A DNA stretch of 64,000 bases from an uncultured Actinomycetota bacterium (GTDB lineage Bacteria > Actinomycetota > Actinomycetes > Mycobacteriales > Pseudonocardiaceae): the NCBI GenBank assembly GCA_963727745.1, contig CAVSHL010000011.1:644344-708343 (forward strand), in the 5' to 3' direction. The notes beneath the pieces were generated by a model. It ran no database searches, was not told where the DNA came from, and saw only the letters and a program-made list of their open reading frames with translations. This document shows, piece after piece, positions 18,841-29,298 of this stretch. Numbering within the stretch: the stretch's first letter is position 1; the number at the start of each line of letters is the position of its first letter. The translations under genes were made by a program, and so were the position numbers.

Positions 18841-21558
18841 TCAGGGCAGGGCTTCGCCGGACTCCGGCAGCTCGGTGTCGGACACACCGTCGAGCTCGAC
18901 GCTGCGCAGCTGGGAGCGCGTCGAGATGCCGAGCTTCGGGAACAGCTTGTACAGGTGGAAGCCGACCGTGCGCGGGCTGAGGAAGAGCATCGCGCCGATC
19001 TCCTTGTTGGACAGCCCGCTGGCCGCCAGCCGCGCCACCTGCAGCTCCTGGGGCGTGAGGAGCGCGGTGACCGACCCTTCGTCGTGCGTGGTCGCGCCGA
19101 AGCCGCCCGCCCCGCGCAGCTGTGCCCGCGCGATCTCGGCCCAGCGCCGCGCGCCCTGGCTCTCGAAGAGCTCGACGGCGAGGCGCAGCGGCGCGCGGGC
19201 TTCGACGCGGCGCCGCGACCGACGCAGCGCCTCGCCCCGCAGGAGCGCGGTGCGGGCCAGCTCGAAGGGCCGGTGGTCGGCGGCGGCTGCCTTGCTGGCC
19301 TGCGCATACAGCCGGTGGGCGGTGTCGTCGTCCTCCTCGACCATGGCGAGGCACCGGTACATGTGCGTGCGCACCCACGGCAACGTCGACTGCTCCGCCC
19401 ACTCGGCGAACCTCGCCGTGACCCGGGCAGCCAGAGCGCGCTGGTCGCTGCGGATCGCGGCCTCGACGAGGTCCGGGATGGCGAGCCGGGCGATGAGCTC
19501 GTGGGAGAAGGGGGTGCCGCGCTGGGCGAGCAGGCCGAGTCGGTCGCAGGCGTCCTGGGCGTCTCCCTCGGCGAGCGTGACGAGCGCCAGCGCCCAGCTC
19601 GCGTGGGCGGCCGCGGCCCGTGCTCTGACCGGGACCGCTCGCGCGAGCGCCTGCCCGGCGAGGCTGCGGCACGCGGTGTGGTCGCCGCGCACCGCAGCCA
19701 CCCTGGCGAGCTGGGCGAGGGCCATGGCGGCACCGGACTGCTGGCCGGCGTCGCGGGTGAACTGCAGGACCTCCTCGGCGGACCGGACGGCGTCGTCGTA
19801 GTGGCCCAGGTTGATGTCGACGTCGGTGAGCCACAGGAGGTTCATCGCGAGCGGGCCGAACATCCCGGCGCTGCGCTGCGACTCGCACACCGTGACCCCG
19901 AACTCGCGGGTGAGCAGCTGGTGCGGGCCGAGCGCGCCGAGCGCCATCACGAGCACCTCGCGCATGCCGAAGTGCTCGCCCAACGCGCTGGGCATCTGCG
20001 CCATGAGCTCGGTGGGAGCCGTGCCCGTCGCCGGCAGCCGCCCGTCGAGGCCGAGGTGGAGCAGCTCGCCGAAACGGCCGAACGGGCCGCCCATCTCGGC
20101 CACGCGGTCGGCCGCCCGTCGGCCACCGACGAGCTCACCGGCGTCGTGGGCCGCGGCCACGGCGAGCGCGAGCAGCACGGCGGCGTCGGCAGGCGTGGAC
20201 CGCTGCAGCGTCGCGGCCACCCGCTCGAGCCGCGTGAACGCGGTGACCGGATCGCCCTCCGCGATCTCGAGCAACCCTCGCAGCCGGGCGATCCGGGCCG
20301 CGGTCTGCCCCTCCTCGACGTTGGACAGCCGCGCGGAGAGCTCCCGGGCGAGGTCGATCTGGCCGGAGCGCCACGCCGCCAGCGCCGCGGCCGTGGTGCG
20401 CCGCAGGCGCTGCTGCTCCGAGCCGCTCAGCCGGGCCGACCAGTGCATGACGGCGGCCTCGGTGGCACTGGCGGGATGGGCCAGCGCGATCCGTTCGAGC
20501 GCCTTCGCGAGCTCCTCGTCGCGGCCCTGCGCGGCGATCGCCCGATGCCGGACGGCGGCGTCCGGGTCGTCGCGGGCCACCGCGACGCCCAGCGCCCGGT
20601 GCGCGGCGAGCCGCTCGTCGTACGGGGTGTCCTGGTAGACGGCGGTGCGCAGCAGTGGATGGCGGAATCTGATGTGGCCCGGCCGCAGGACGACGACGCC
20701 GGCGCGTTCGGCCGCGGCGAGCGCGTCGGCCGGCAGGTCGAGGAGCTGCGCGACCTCGAGCACGGCGCCGACGGGGGCGTCGTCGCCCGCGGCTGCCGCG
20801 ATCACGAGGACGGCGCGGGTGGCCGCCGGCAACGACGCCACCTGCTGCAGGAACGCCGCGCGTTGGCAGGCCGCGAGCGGCACGGAGACGCGGCCGGCGA
20901 GGTCCTCGATGCGGTCGGCGGGCGAACCGGTCCTGGCCAGCTCGATCAGCGCCCGCGGGTTGCCCCCGGTGGCGGCCATCGCGGCGAGCCGCACGGGCAT
21001 CGGTGGCGCCCAGCCGTGATCGGCGAGCAGCGCACCGGCGGCGTCCTCGTCGAGCGTGTCGAGGTCGATCTGGGGCAGGCCGGCGGCCGCCGTGGCCGGG
21101 TCGAGCGGGCTCTGGGAGCTCAGCAGGGCGGCGACGGGGCTGCGGTCGAGCCTGCGGACCGCGAACCGCAGCGCGGCCGCCGACGCCGGATCGACGTGGT
21201 GGAGGTCGTCGACCACCACGAGCACGGGTCGGCGGGCGGCAGCGTGGGTGAGCACCCCGACGACGGCTTCGCGGATGGCGAGGTCATCGCGCTCGCCGTC
21301 GGCGATGGCGAGCGCTGCGCGCAGCGCGGCGGCCTGGACCGGTGGCAGCTCGTCGATCCCGGCGAGCACCGGTGCGAGCAGTGCGGACAGCGCGCTGAAC
21401 GCCATGGCGGACTCGCCGGCCACCCCGGTGACGGACAGGACGGACATCTCGCCGGTGTCGCCGGCGTTCTTCGCGTGGTCGACGGCCTCGCCGAGCAGGG
21501 CGCTGCGCCCGGCGCCGGGCGCCCCGGTGACCAGCAGCGCGCCGCCCTTGCCCTGCAC
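18841..21558 (-). CDS. LAL (AAA ATPase + LuxR HTH) transcriptional regulator
   Basis: GAPGAGRSALL Walker-A-like, VVVDDLH, FRHPLLR, C-terminal LTPQELQVARLAASGLSNKEIG..LFLSPRTV. The typical LYGR N-terminal motif lies upstream (~21615) in frame without a canonical start codon. Confidence 0.9.
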   Translation of the reverse strand: MQGKGGALLVTGAPGAGRSALLGEAVDHAKNAGDTGEMSVLSVTGVAGESAMAFSALSALLAPVLAGIDELPPVQAAALRAALAIADGERDDLAIREAVVGVLTHAAARRPVLVVVDDLHHVDPASAAALRFAVRRLDRSPVAALLSSQSPLDPATAAAGLPQIDLDTLDEDAAGALLADHGWAPPMPVRLAAMAATGGNPRALIELARTGSPADRIEDLAGRVSVPLAACQRAAFLQQVASLPAATRAVLVIAAAAGDDAPVGAVLEVAQLLDLPADALAAAERAGVVVLRPGHIRFRHPLLRTAVYQDTPYDERLAAHRALGVAVARDDPDAAVRHRAIAAQGRDEELAKALERIALAHPASATEAAVMHWSARLSGSEQQRLRRTTAAALAAWRSGQIDLARELSARLSNVEEGQTAARIARLRGLLEIAEGDPVTAFTRLERVAATLQRSTPADAAVLLALAVAAAHDAGELVGGRRAADRVAEMGGPFGRFGELLHLGLDGRLPATGTAPTELMAQMPSALGEHFGMREVLVMALGALGPHQLLTREFGVTVCESQRSAGMFGPLAMNLLWLTDVDINLGHYDDAVRSAEEVLQFTRDAGQQSGAAMALAQLARVAAVRGDHTACRSLAGQALARAVPVRARAAAAHASWALALVTLAEGDAQDACDRLGLLAQRGTPFSHELIARLAIPDLVEAAIRSDQRALAARVTARFAEWAEQSTLPWVRTHMYRCLAMVEEDDDTAHRLYAQASKAAAADHRPFELARTALLRGEALRRSRRRVEARAPLRLAVELFESQGARRWAEIARAQLRGAGGFGATTHDEGSVTALLTPQELQVARLAASGLSNKEIGAMLFLSPRTVGFHLYKLFPKLGISTRSQLRSVELDGVSDTELPESGEALP

Positions 21559-21926
21559 AGCCGCGGAGTGCAGCAGCGCCTGGATCGACCGGCGTTCGTC
21601 GATCCGGCCGTACAGCTCTGCGTGATGTTGATCGGCGGGCTCCGGTAGGCGATTGATCGCGACCCCCCCGGATCCGGTCGAAATGACTGATAGCCAGCTT
21701 AATGCATTGCCCGATGCTGAGCGAGCCAGTTCGTCGGAAGTGGAAGCTCGAGAAGTCCGTACTTTTCGATCGGGCTACGGGGAGATGAACAAGTCGGTCG
21801 GTCCAGGTCGCGAGGGTCGATCGAATTGCAACAATGGGGGGAAGCGGCATGGCTGGTTCTGGTACGGCAGCGAGCTTGATCATTAGTAGCACCGGTGGCG
21901 GAAACATCGAGTCCCAGATCGGCCGA

Positions 21927-22826
21927 ATGGCCCAACGGATGCAGGAGCACCTGCAGCCCCTGGTGGATCGTGAGCAGCTGGCGGCGTGGTCGGACCGCAT
22001 GGGGGAAGCGTTCGCCGACTGGGTGCGCATCGGCACCGTCCAGACCGCCGCTGCCGGGTGGGTGTTCACCGCGCTCATGGCCGAGCTGGTCGACGCCGTC
22101 GGGGAGCACCCCGACCGGACTCAGATCCTGGCGGCCGGCGGAGCGGCGCTGCACCGGGCGCTGCAGGACGAGCCCGCCCCGGCGGACAGCTGGAGCGTCA
22201 GCTCCGACGACCCCGCCGCGCTGGCCCGGGAGGTCCACGACTGGGTCGGCAGCGGGGTCAGCCTCGCCCTCGTCCAGCTCGACATGTACGCCGTGGCGGC
22301 CTCGCGCGGCGAGCCCGCAGCGGCCCGGCGCGTGTCGGAGGCGCGCCGGATCCTGCAGGAGCTGCAGCGGGAGATCCGCCGGCTCGTCTCGGACCTGCAG
22401 GGCCGCACGTGGGTCTCCGGCCTCGAGGCCGAGATCCGCGACTTCGTGGCCAGGGCGAACGTGCTCGGCGCCCGCACCACCGTCGTCGTGCGCGGCGACG
22501 AGGACGCGCTGCCGCCGCGGCTGCGCGACGAGGTCTTCGTCGTGGTCAGGGAGGCGCTGCACAACGCCTTCACCCACGCCGGAGCCGAGCACGTCACCGT
22601 GGTGGTGGAGATCGGTGCAGACGCCCGGGGCGGTACGGTGCGGGCCAGCGTCGACGACGACGGCATCGGCCTCGGCGCCACCCGCTCGTCCGGGCGCGGC
22701 GGCGGGCTCTCGGTCATGCGCGAGCGGGCCCGGAACCTCGGCGGCACGCTCACCGTCACCGAGACCCGCCCGCGGGGCACCCGCGTCGACCTCCAGGTCG
22801 ACCTCCCGGCAGGGACGCGGGGATGA
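21927..22826 (+). CDS. Soluble sensor histidine kinase (HisKA_3/NarX type)
   Basis: LAREVHD H-box, VREALHNAFTHA N-box, DDDGIG, GGGLSVMRERA; no TM segment. Start approximate. Confidence 0.85.
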   Translation: MAQRMQEHLQPLVDREQLAAWSDRMGEAFADWVRIGTVQTAAAGWVFTALMAELVDAVGEHPDRTQILAAGGAALHRALQDEPAPADSWSVSSDDPAALAREVHDWVGSGVSLALVQLDMYAVAASRGEPAAARRVSEARRILQELQREIRRLVSDLQGRTWVSGLEAEIRDFVARANVLGARTTVVVRGDEDALPPRLRDEVFVVVREALHNAFTHAGAEHVTVVVEIGADARGGTVRASVDDDGIGLGATRSSGRGGGLSVMRERARNLGGTLTVTETRPRGTRVDLQVDLPAGTRG

Positions 22827-23536
22827 ACCAGATCGGCGCGAACCAGGCGGGTGTGGCGCGATCGGTGCGCATCGTGGTCGCCGACGACCACACGCTGTTG
22901 CGCGAAGCCATCTGCGAGCTGCTCGGGCTCGAGCAGGGCTTCGAGGTGATCGGCGAGGCGTGCGACGGCGAGGAGGCCGTCGAGCTGGCCGCGCGGCTGC
23001 GGCCCGACATCATGCTCCTCGACGTGGAGATGCCGCGGAACGTGCCGACGGAGACCGTCCGGGCCATCCGCGCCGCGTCCAGCGGCACGCGGGTGATCAT
23101 GCTGACGATGCACGACTCGCCCCAGCTCGTGCGGGACATGCTCGCTGCCGGAGTGGCCGGCTACCTGCACAAGAGCATCGGGCGGCAGGCGCTGATGGCA
23201 GCCGTCCGCGGTGCGCTCGAGGTGGACCGCAACGGCGGTGGGCGGCGGCTGGTCATGTCCGTGACGCAGGGTTCGCTCATGTCCGACCAGCCCCCGACGA
23301 AGCTGATCTCGCCGCGGGAGCGGCAGATCCTGGTCCTCGTCGCGGCCGCGTTCAGCAACCGACAGATCGCGAGCCGGCTCTCGATCACCGAGGCGACCGT
23401 CAAGCGGCACCTGCGCAACGCCTTCGAGAAGCTGGGCGCCGTCTCGCGGATCGACGCGGTGAACCGGGCCGCGGCCGCCGGGTTGATCCACAGTGGCGCC
23501 GGGCGGCAGCCCGGTGAGGGCTATCGCTCGGCCTGA
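22823..23536 (+). CDS. NarL/LuxR family response regulator
   Basis: [26 protein letters not shown]-terminal [20 protein letters not shown]; ATGA overlap with the kinase. Confidence 0.92.
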   Translation: MNQIGANQAGVARSVRIVVADDHTLLREAICELLGLEQGFEVIGEACDGEEAVELAARLRPDIMLLDVEMPRNVPTETVRAIRAASSGTRVIMLTMHDSPQLVRDMLAAGVAGYLHKSIGRQALMAAVRGALEVDRNGGGRRLVMSVTQGSLMSDQPPTKLISPRERQILVLVAAAFSNRQIASRLSITEATVKRHLRNAFEKLGAVSRIDAVNRAAAAGLIHSGAGRQPGEGYRSA

Positions 23537-23597
23537 GAGCCGGGCGCTCCAAGCAGCCTGCTGCCCGGATTCCGGGTACCTACGACAGGAGATCGAC

Positions 23598-25361
23598 GTG
23601 GCGCGCTTGACGAAGGTGCTGGTCGCCAACCGCGGCGAGATCGCGGTGCGGGTCATCCGGGCCTGCCGGGATGCCGGTCTGACCAGTGTCGCGATCTACG
23701 CCGATCCGGACCGGGATGCGCCGTTCGTGCGACTCGCGGATGAGGCGTTCGCGTTGGGTGGGTCGAGCGCGGCGGAGTCCTACCTCGACATCGGCAAGGT
23801 CGTGGCCGCGGCGCAGCGGGCCGGGGCGGACGGGATCCACCCGGGGTACGGGTTCTTGTCGGAGAACGCGGAGTTCGCCGAGGCGGTGATCGCAGCGGGG
23901 ATCACCTGGATCGGGCCGTCGCCGCAGTCGATCCGGGATCTGGGTGACAAGGTCACCGCCCGCCACATCGCCATGCGCGCGGGTGCCCCGTTGGTGCCGG
24001 GCACCCCGGACCCGGTGTCGGGGGCCGACGAGGTGGTCGCGTTCGCGAAGGAGTACGGGCTGCCGGTGGCGATCAAGGCCGCGTTCGGTGGTGGTGGGCG
24101 CGGGATGAAGGTCGCCCGCGAGGAGCGAGACATCGTCGAGTTGTACGAGTCGGCGGTGCGCGAGGCGACCGCGGCGTTCGGGCGCGGTGAGTGCTTCGTG
24201 GAGCGCTACCTCGACAAGCCGCGGCATGTCGAGACGCAGGTGTTGGCCGATCAGCACGGCAACGTGATCGTGGTCGGCACCCGGGACTGCTCGCTGCAGC
24301 GGCGGTTCCAGAAGTTGGTGGAGGAGGCGCCGGCGCCGTTCCTGACCGACGAGCAGCGCACCACCCTCTACGAAGCCTCCAAGGCGATCGTGCGCGAGGC
24401 CGGCTACTACGGGGCCGGGACGGTGGAGTTCCTGATCGGGCAGGACGGGTTGATCACGTTCCTGGAGGTCAACACCCGGCTGCAGGTCGAGCACCCGGTC
24501 TCGGAGGAGACCGCGGGGATCGATCTGGTGCGGGAGATGTTCCGCATCGCCGAGGGCGAACCCATGCACGTGCTGCAGGATCCGGCCCCGCGTGGGCACT
24601 CGATCGAGTTTCGGATCAACGGTGAGGACGCCGGGCGCGGGTTCTTGCCCGCGCCGGGCACGGTGTCGGCGATCAGTTTCCCGGCCGGGCCCGGGGTGCG
24701 GGTGGATGCCGGGGTCGAGGCCGGGTCGGTGGTGGGTGGGCAGTTCGACTCGCTGCTGGCCAAGCTGATCGTGACCGGCTCGGACCGGGCGCAGGCGCTG
24801 CAACGCTCGCGGCGCGCGCTGGCCGAGTTCCAGGTCGAGGGCATGGCCACGGTGTTGCCGTTCCACCGCCTCGTGGTGCAGGACCCGGCTTATGCGGCCG
24901 GGTCGGTCGAGGACTTCACCGTGCACACCCGGTGGATCGAGACCGAATGGGACAACACCGTCGAACCGTTCGGAGCAGACTCCGGTGCCGCCGGCGAGCC
25001 CGGAACGCGGCAGACCGTCGTCGTCGAGGTCGGCGGGCGCCGCCTGGAGGTGTCACTGCCCGGCGACCTCGGCGTCGGAAGCGGCACCGCAGCGGTGGCG
25101 AAGAGACCGCGCACACGCGACGGGTGGGCCGGTGGCGTCGTGTCCGGCGACGCGGTGACCGCGCCGATGCAGGGCACCGTCATCAAGGTCGCGGTCTCCG
25201 ACGGCGACACCGTCGAGGCCGGCCAGCTCGTCGTCGTGCTCGAGGCGATGAAGATGGAGAACCCCGTCACCGCCCACAAGGCCGGCACCATCACCGGCCT
25301 GACCGCCGAACAGGGCGCCTCGGTCTCCCAGGGCACCGTGTTCTGCGAGATCAAGGACTAG
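23598..25361 (+). CDS. accA: Acyl-CoA carboxylase alpha subunit (biotin carboxylase + BCCP)
   Basis: [64 protein letters not shown]; AGGAG RBS before GTG 23598. Confidence 0.93.
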   Translation: MARLTKVLVANRGEIAVRVIRACRDAGLTSVAIYADPDRDAPFVRLADEAFALGGSSAAESYLDIGKVVAAAQRAGADGIHPGYGFLSENAEFAEAVIAAGITWIGPSPQSIRDLGDKVTARHIAMRAGAPLVPGTPDPVSGADEVVAFAKEYGLPVAIKAAFGGGGRGMKVAREERDIVELYESAVREATAAFGRGECFVERYLDKPRHVETQVLADQHGNVIVVGTRDCSLQRRFQKLVEEAPAPFLTDEQRTTLYEASKAIVREAGYYGAGTVEFLIGQDGLITFLEVNTRLQVEHPVSEETAGIDLVREMFRIAEGEPMHVLQDPAPRGHSIEFRINGEDAGRGFLPAPGTVSAISFPAGPGVRVDAGVEAGSVVGGQFDSLLAKLIVTGSDRAQALQRSRRALAEFQVEGMATVLPFHRLVVQDPAYAAGSVEDFTVHTRWIETEWDNTVEPFGADSGAAGEPGTRQTVVVEVGGRRLEVSLPGDLGVGSGTAAVAKRPRTRDGWAGGVVSGDAVTAPMQGTVIKVAVSDGDTVEAGQLVVVLEAMKMENPVTAHKAGTITGLTAEQGASVSQGTVFCEIKD

Positions 25362-25804
25362 CCGCCCGACGGCGAGGAGCATCCCGGCAGGAGCGGCGCC
25401 ACCAGCGAGAGGAACCCGAGCTGGTGCTGCTCGGACTCGAGGCGGCCGTCCCGCCAGGTCATGGTGATCACGTCCCGGGCCGTGATCGTCTTGTAGGTCG
25501 GTGGCGCGATCTGCGTCCCGACGTAGGTCGGCGCCGACTGGACGGCGCGCCAGATCACCCCGGCGACCGTGCGCGGGCCGAGCTGCCCGATCGCGACGAC
25601 CTCGGCGGCGCTGTCGGGGAACACGGCCTTGAGGCGCCGCCAGTGCCGCACCACCTCGTCGATGTCGTCGATGCGGTGCCCGGTGCTGAGTTCCTCGTGG
25701 ACGAACGCCGGCCCGACCGCGCTGCGGTAGGTCGACCAGTCGGAGCGGTTCCACGCCTCGATCACGGTGCGCGTGAGCTCCTGGGGCTCCACGGTCGTCG
25801 TCAT
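25358..25804 (-). CDS. SnoaL-like ester cyclase / NTF2-fold protein
   Basis: 148 aa; EAWN..D, AVFPD, PPTYKTI, WRDGRL pattern. Confidence 0.7.
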   Translation of the reverse strand: MTTTVEPQELTRTVIEAWNRSDWSTYRSAVGPAFVHEELSTGHRIDDIDEVVRHWRRLKAVFPDSAAEVVAIGQLGPRTVAGVIWRAVQSAPTYVGTQIAPPTYKTITARDVITMTWRDGRLESEQHQLGFLSLVAPLLPGCSSPSGG

Positions 25805-25892
25805 GGGACGCTCCTCATCCAGGGCCCGGAAGAGCCCCTCCTGGGTTCAGAGCACCGACCGGAACGGGTGATACGACGCCGACCGGCTCGGT

Positions 25893-26684
25893 CTACCGGA
25901 GGTGGCCGCGAACCGCCCAGGCGCGGGCGTGCATGGTCGACGTGCTCTCGACGGTCTCCGCCAGCCGGGTCCGCAGGCGCTCCCGCAGCTGGGCGCGGCG
26001 GTCGGCCGGGAGCGTCGCGAGGTAGCCCGGGGCCGGGCCCACGGCGCCGAGGAACGGCGTCCAGTAGTCGTCGAAGTCGGCGAACGGCGTGTCGATCACG
26101 ACGGGCTCCACGTCGACGTCGGCGAGCCCCGCCGCGGTCCACAGGTCGTGGAGGGGCTGCGGGCGGCACAGCGGGAAGCGGACACCCTCGTCGAGTGCCG
26201 CCGCTGCCGGATCGAGGGCCCCGGCCGCGTCCCAGAACCAGCGGATCAGCTGCATGCCCTCGGCGTAGTCCCACACGTACGCGGCGACCGTGCCGCCCGG
26301 CACCGTCACCCGGACCGCCTCCGCCAGCGCAGCGGCCGGATCGGGTACGAAGTTGAGCACCAGCCCGCTCACGACGACGTCGACGGTCTCGGCGGACAGC
26401 GGGAGGTCGCGGGCGTCGCCCTTGATGACGTAGGCGGGCCGGCCGGCCACGGTGGCGCGGGCGCGCTCGACGAACGAATCGGCGGGCTCGATCCCCGCGA
26501 CGGCGTACGGGTCCGCGGCCTCGAGCACGGCACGGGTGAGCGCCCCGGTGCCGCACCCCACGTCGAGCCAGCGCAGGTGCGGCGGCAGGTCGAGCCAGGT
26601 CACGAAGCGGGCAGCCACCAGGGCGCTCCAGCGCCCGATGTACCGCTCGTAGGCGTCCGCGTCGGACCAACCTGAGTCGGACAT
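25893..26684 (-). CDS. Class I SAM-dependent methyltransferase
   Basis: AYERYIGRWS, WLDVGCGTGAL, GDARDLP, DVVVSGLVLNFVPD. Confidence 0.9.
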   Translation of the reverse strand: MSDSGWSDADAYERYIGRWSALVAARFVTWLDLPPHLRWLDVGCGTGALTRAVLEAADPYAVAGIEPADSFVERARATVAGRPAYVIKGDARDLPLSAETVDVVVSGLVLNFVPDPAAALAEAVRVTVPGGTVAAYVWDYAEGMQLIRWFWDAAGALDPAAAALDEGVRFPLCRPQPLHDLWTAAGLADVDVEPVVIDTPFADFDDYWTPFLGAVGPAPGYLATLPADRRAQLRERLRTRLAETVESTSTMHARAWAVRGHLR

Positions 26685-26712
26685 GCGGACACCGTACGGA
26701 ACAGGAGGGGTC

Positions 26713-27204
26713 TCACGGAGTACTCGGACGCAGGTCCTCGACCGGCAGGCCGTGCTCGGCGCGCAGGCGCTCCGCCACCAGCGAGCGATGGCACGCCGCC
26801 GGGTCGCGCTCCACGCAGAAGAGCGCCGTCGTCGCGGCGTCGGGGAGCTCCGCCACGAGCCTGCCCAGGTCGAACGGGTCGAGGATCTCCCGGGTGTAGC
26901 GCTGCGCGTACTCGTGCGCCAGCGCAACGCGGTTGCGCTTGCCCACGCCCTGGCGGTCGTCCTCGCGGTACTGGAGCCGGCGCAGCTCGGTCGTCGGCGC
27001 CAGCTCCAGTACGTGCCGATAGTCGATGTCGGCCGCGGCGAGCGCGCGCTGCAGCCGTGCGGAGTTCGCCCAGGAGTACTCGGGCCCCCGCACGCCGCGG
27101 CGCTGGCGGAGGTCGAGCAGCAGCCCCACACCCGCGCCGGACAGCTGCTCGACGAAGGCGTCGACCGTGAAGCCGTAGACGCCGATCGTCGTGATGCGCG
27201 CCAT
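26713..27204 (-). CDS. DUF488 family protein
   Basis: TIGVYG, LLDLRQRRG, LFCVERDPAACHRSLVA. Confidence 0.8.
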   Translation of the reverse strand: MARITTIGVYGFTVDAFVEQLSGAGVGLLLDLRQRRGVRGPEYSWANSARLQRALAAADIDYRHVLELAPTTELRRLQYREDDRQGVGKRNRVALAHEYAQRYTREILDPFDLGRLVAELPDAATTALFCVERDPAACHRSLVAERLRAEHGLPVEDLRPSTP

Positions 27205-27218
27205 CGCCACCCTGCTCC

Positions 27219-27572
27219 CTACGGCACGAGCGCCGGCTGGTCCACGGCCCACAGCCACGTTCCGTCCGGCTGGCGCCGGGCGACCTCCACGGTGACGTCC
27301 CCGTTGGTCAGGGTGGTCGCCGTGAGTGCCAGGTCGCCGGCCACCAGCGCCTGATGCTGGCGCCCCGGCAGGAGCACCGGTGCGGCCGCGACGAACTGCT
27401 CGTACACCTTGCGGATCTCCGCGTGTCCGGTCGCGAGGCTGCCCGGCGGGAACGCCAGCACCGCGTCCGGTTCGTACAATGCCACCAGCCCGTCGACGTC
27501 GCCTGCGTTGCCGCGCTCGATGAACATCCCGGCCAGGTCGTTCGGCTCCGTGGCCGCTGTCGTGCTCGTCAT
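27219..27572 (-). CDS. YybH-like NTF2/SnoaL-fold protein
   Basis: NAGDVDGLVALYEPDAVL, EVARRQPDGTWLWAVD. Confidence 0.8.
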   Translation of the reverse strand: MTSTTAATEPNDLAGMFIERGNAGDVDGLVALYEPDAVLAFPPGSLATGHAEIRKVYEQFVAAAPVLLPGRQHQALVAGDLALTATTLTNGDVTVEVARRQPDGTWLWAVDQPALVP

Positions 27573-27631
27573 GGCATGAGCCTCGCAGGCAATCACGACA
27601 CCCTGTGTCGTGTATTCCGTAGAGTTCTCGG

Positions 27632-28618
27632 GTGCGCGCCGACCGGTTGGTATCCCTGGTGCTGCTGCTGCGCCAGCACGGCCGGCTGTCCGCTACTGCG
27701 TTGGCCCGCGAGCTGGAGGTGTCCACCCGCACGGTGCTGCGCGACATCGACGCGCTGTCCGCGGCCGGAGTACCGGTCTACGCCGAGCGCGGCCGGCTCG
27801 GCGGGTTCGCGTTGCTGCCCGGGTTCCAGACCGAGCTCACCGGGCTGAACCACGACGAGGCCCTGGCCCTGCTCGTCGCCGGGTCGCGGCGCGGCGCGCA
27901 GGTCTTCGGCCTCGGCTCGGCGCTCGCGTCGGCCATGTTGAAGGTGGTCGACGCGCTGCCCGAGACCCAACGGGCCACCGCGGCCGGCGCGGCCCAGCGG
28001 CTGCTCATCGACCCGCAGGCCGATCTCCTCGCGCGCCGGCTGGTGGCCGAGGAGGTGCCCGACGCCATCGTGGCTGAGGTCCGGCGCGCGGTGTTCGCCG
28101 GGCACAAGCTGCGGATCCACTACGCCGCGGCGGACCAGGTCCCGATGTGGCGCACGGTGGACCCGATCGGCCTGGTCACCGTGCGCGACCAGGGCTACCT
28201 GCTCGCCACGAAGTCCGGCGCGGACCGCACCTACCGGTTGTCGCGGGTGCTGGCCGCCGAGGAGCTCACCGAACCGGCCGACCGCCCGGACCGCGTCGAC
28301 CTGGACCGGGTCTGGCAGGAGCGCAGCACCCGGTTCCGCACCGGCGGCGAGCAGGTCGGCGTGCTGGTGCGGGTGGACGCGGCACGGCGGGCCGACCTGC
28401 TGCGCACCGCGCTGGCCGTCCTCGCCGAGGAACCCGACTCCGAAGGATCAGACGCGGACGGCCGCCTGCGAATGGAGGTGACCTTCCAGGACGCGTGGCA
28501 CGCCGAGTGGGCGCTGTGGCAGCTCGGCACGAGCGCGGAGGCACTGGCCCCGCAGTGGTTGCGCACCGCCCTGCACGACCGCGCCGTCGCGATCGCCACC
28601 TGCTACGGAGCGCCCTGA
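27632..28618 (+). CDS. HTH + WYL domain transcriptional regulator (YafY/PafB-like)
   Basis: MRADRLVSLVLLL, LARELEVSTRTVLRDIDAL, VDPIGLV...GYLLA, RTYRLSRV. Confidence 0.9.
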   Translation: MRADRLVSLVLLLRQHGRLSATALARELEVSTRTVLRDIDALSAAGVPVYAERGRLGGFALLPGFQTELTGLNHDEALALLVAGSRRGAQVFGLGSALASAMLKVVDALPETQRATAAGAAQRLLIDPQADLLARRLVAEEVPDAIVAEVRRAVFAGHKLRIHYAAADQVPMWRTVDPIGLVTVRDQGYLLATKSGADRTYRLSRVLAAEELTEPADRPDRVDLDRVWQERSTRFRTGGEQVGVLVRVDAARRADLLRTALAVLAEEPDSEGSDADGRLRMEVTFQDAWHAEWALWQLGTSAEALAPQWLRTALHDRAVAIATCYGAP

Positions 28619-28631
28619 GTGCCGCAGTCGG

Positions 28632-29210
28632 TCAGGGCGCGACCACCATGGCGAAGGCGCCCCGCCAGCGCCGCTCGACGGCCTCGGTGCTGTTGCCCAG
28701 CCACCCGGCCCGCTCCTGGGCCGCGAGGCCCTGCGCGAGCGCGACGACGGCATGGCCGAGCGTCGCCGGATCGCCGCGCATGATCCCGTCGGCCACGCAC
28801 CGGCGGACCCGTTCGACCACGAGGTCGCGAACGCTGGTGACCGCCTCCAGCTCGCGCGCCCCCGGCGCGAAGTCGGCGAACGGCCGCGTGAACATGATCT
28901 CCACCAGCGCCGGGTTGGCCCGTGCCCAGTGCGCGAACCGCATCGCCAGCTCCAGGAGATCCCGGCCGGGCCATTCGGTCGGTTCGGCGGCGAGCGCGGT
29001 CCGCAGCCGACGGAACCCCTCGAGGTGGACCTCGCGCAGCAGCCCCGCCCGGTCCCCGAACAGCTCGTACACCGCCGAGGCGGAGGTCGCGGCCAGCCCG
29101 GCGACCCGCCGCGTGGTGAACCCGGCGATCCCGTCGATCGCCAGCGTGTCGATCGCCGCCACCACCAGCTGCTGCCGCAGCTCGGGGGTCCGCAGCTTCG
29201 CCCGAGGCAT
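28632..29210 (-). CDS. TetR/AcrR family regulator
   Basis: FTTRRVAGLAATSASAVYELFGDRAGLL helix-turn-helix. Confidence 0.88.
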   Translation of the reverse strand: MPRAKLRTPELRQQLVVAAIDTLAIDGIAGFTTRRVAGLAATSASAVYELFGDRAGLLREVHLEGFRRLRTALAAEPTEWPGRDLLELAMRFAHWARANPALVEIMFTRPFADFAPGARELEAVTSVRDLVVERVRRCVADGIMRGDPATLGHAVVALAQGLAAQERAGWLGNSTEAVERRWRGAFAMVVAP

Positions 29211-29298
29211 CGATGCAGCTTACGGCGCCCGCCGCCGACCACATCCGGCGTTCGGCGGGTTCGCGATGCGCCCGGAGAGTCGCAGCTGCGGCACCGGA

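Noticed and set aside
5275-21648. Long alternative-frame ORFs such as 5275-7464, 5352-7808 and 18955-21648
   Set aside because: Arg/Ala/Gly/Pro-rich shadows of GC3-biased genes with no recognisable motifs.
27632-28618. WYL gene as a marker of a defence island
   Set aside because: Ordinary HTH-WYL regulator divergent from a YybH-like gene; no defence genes adjacent.
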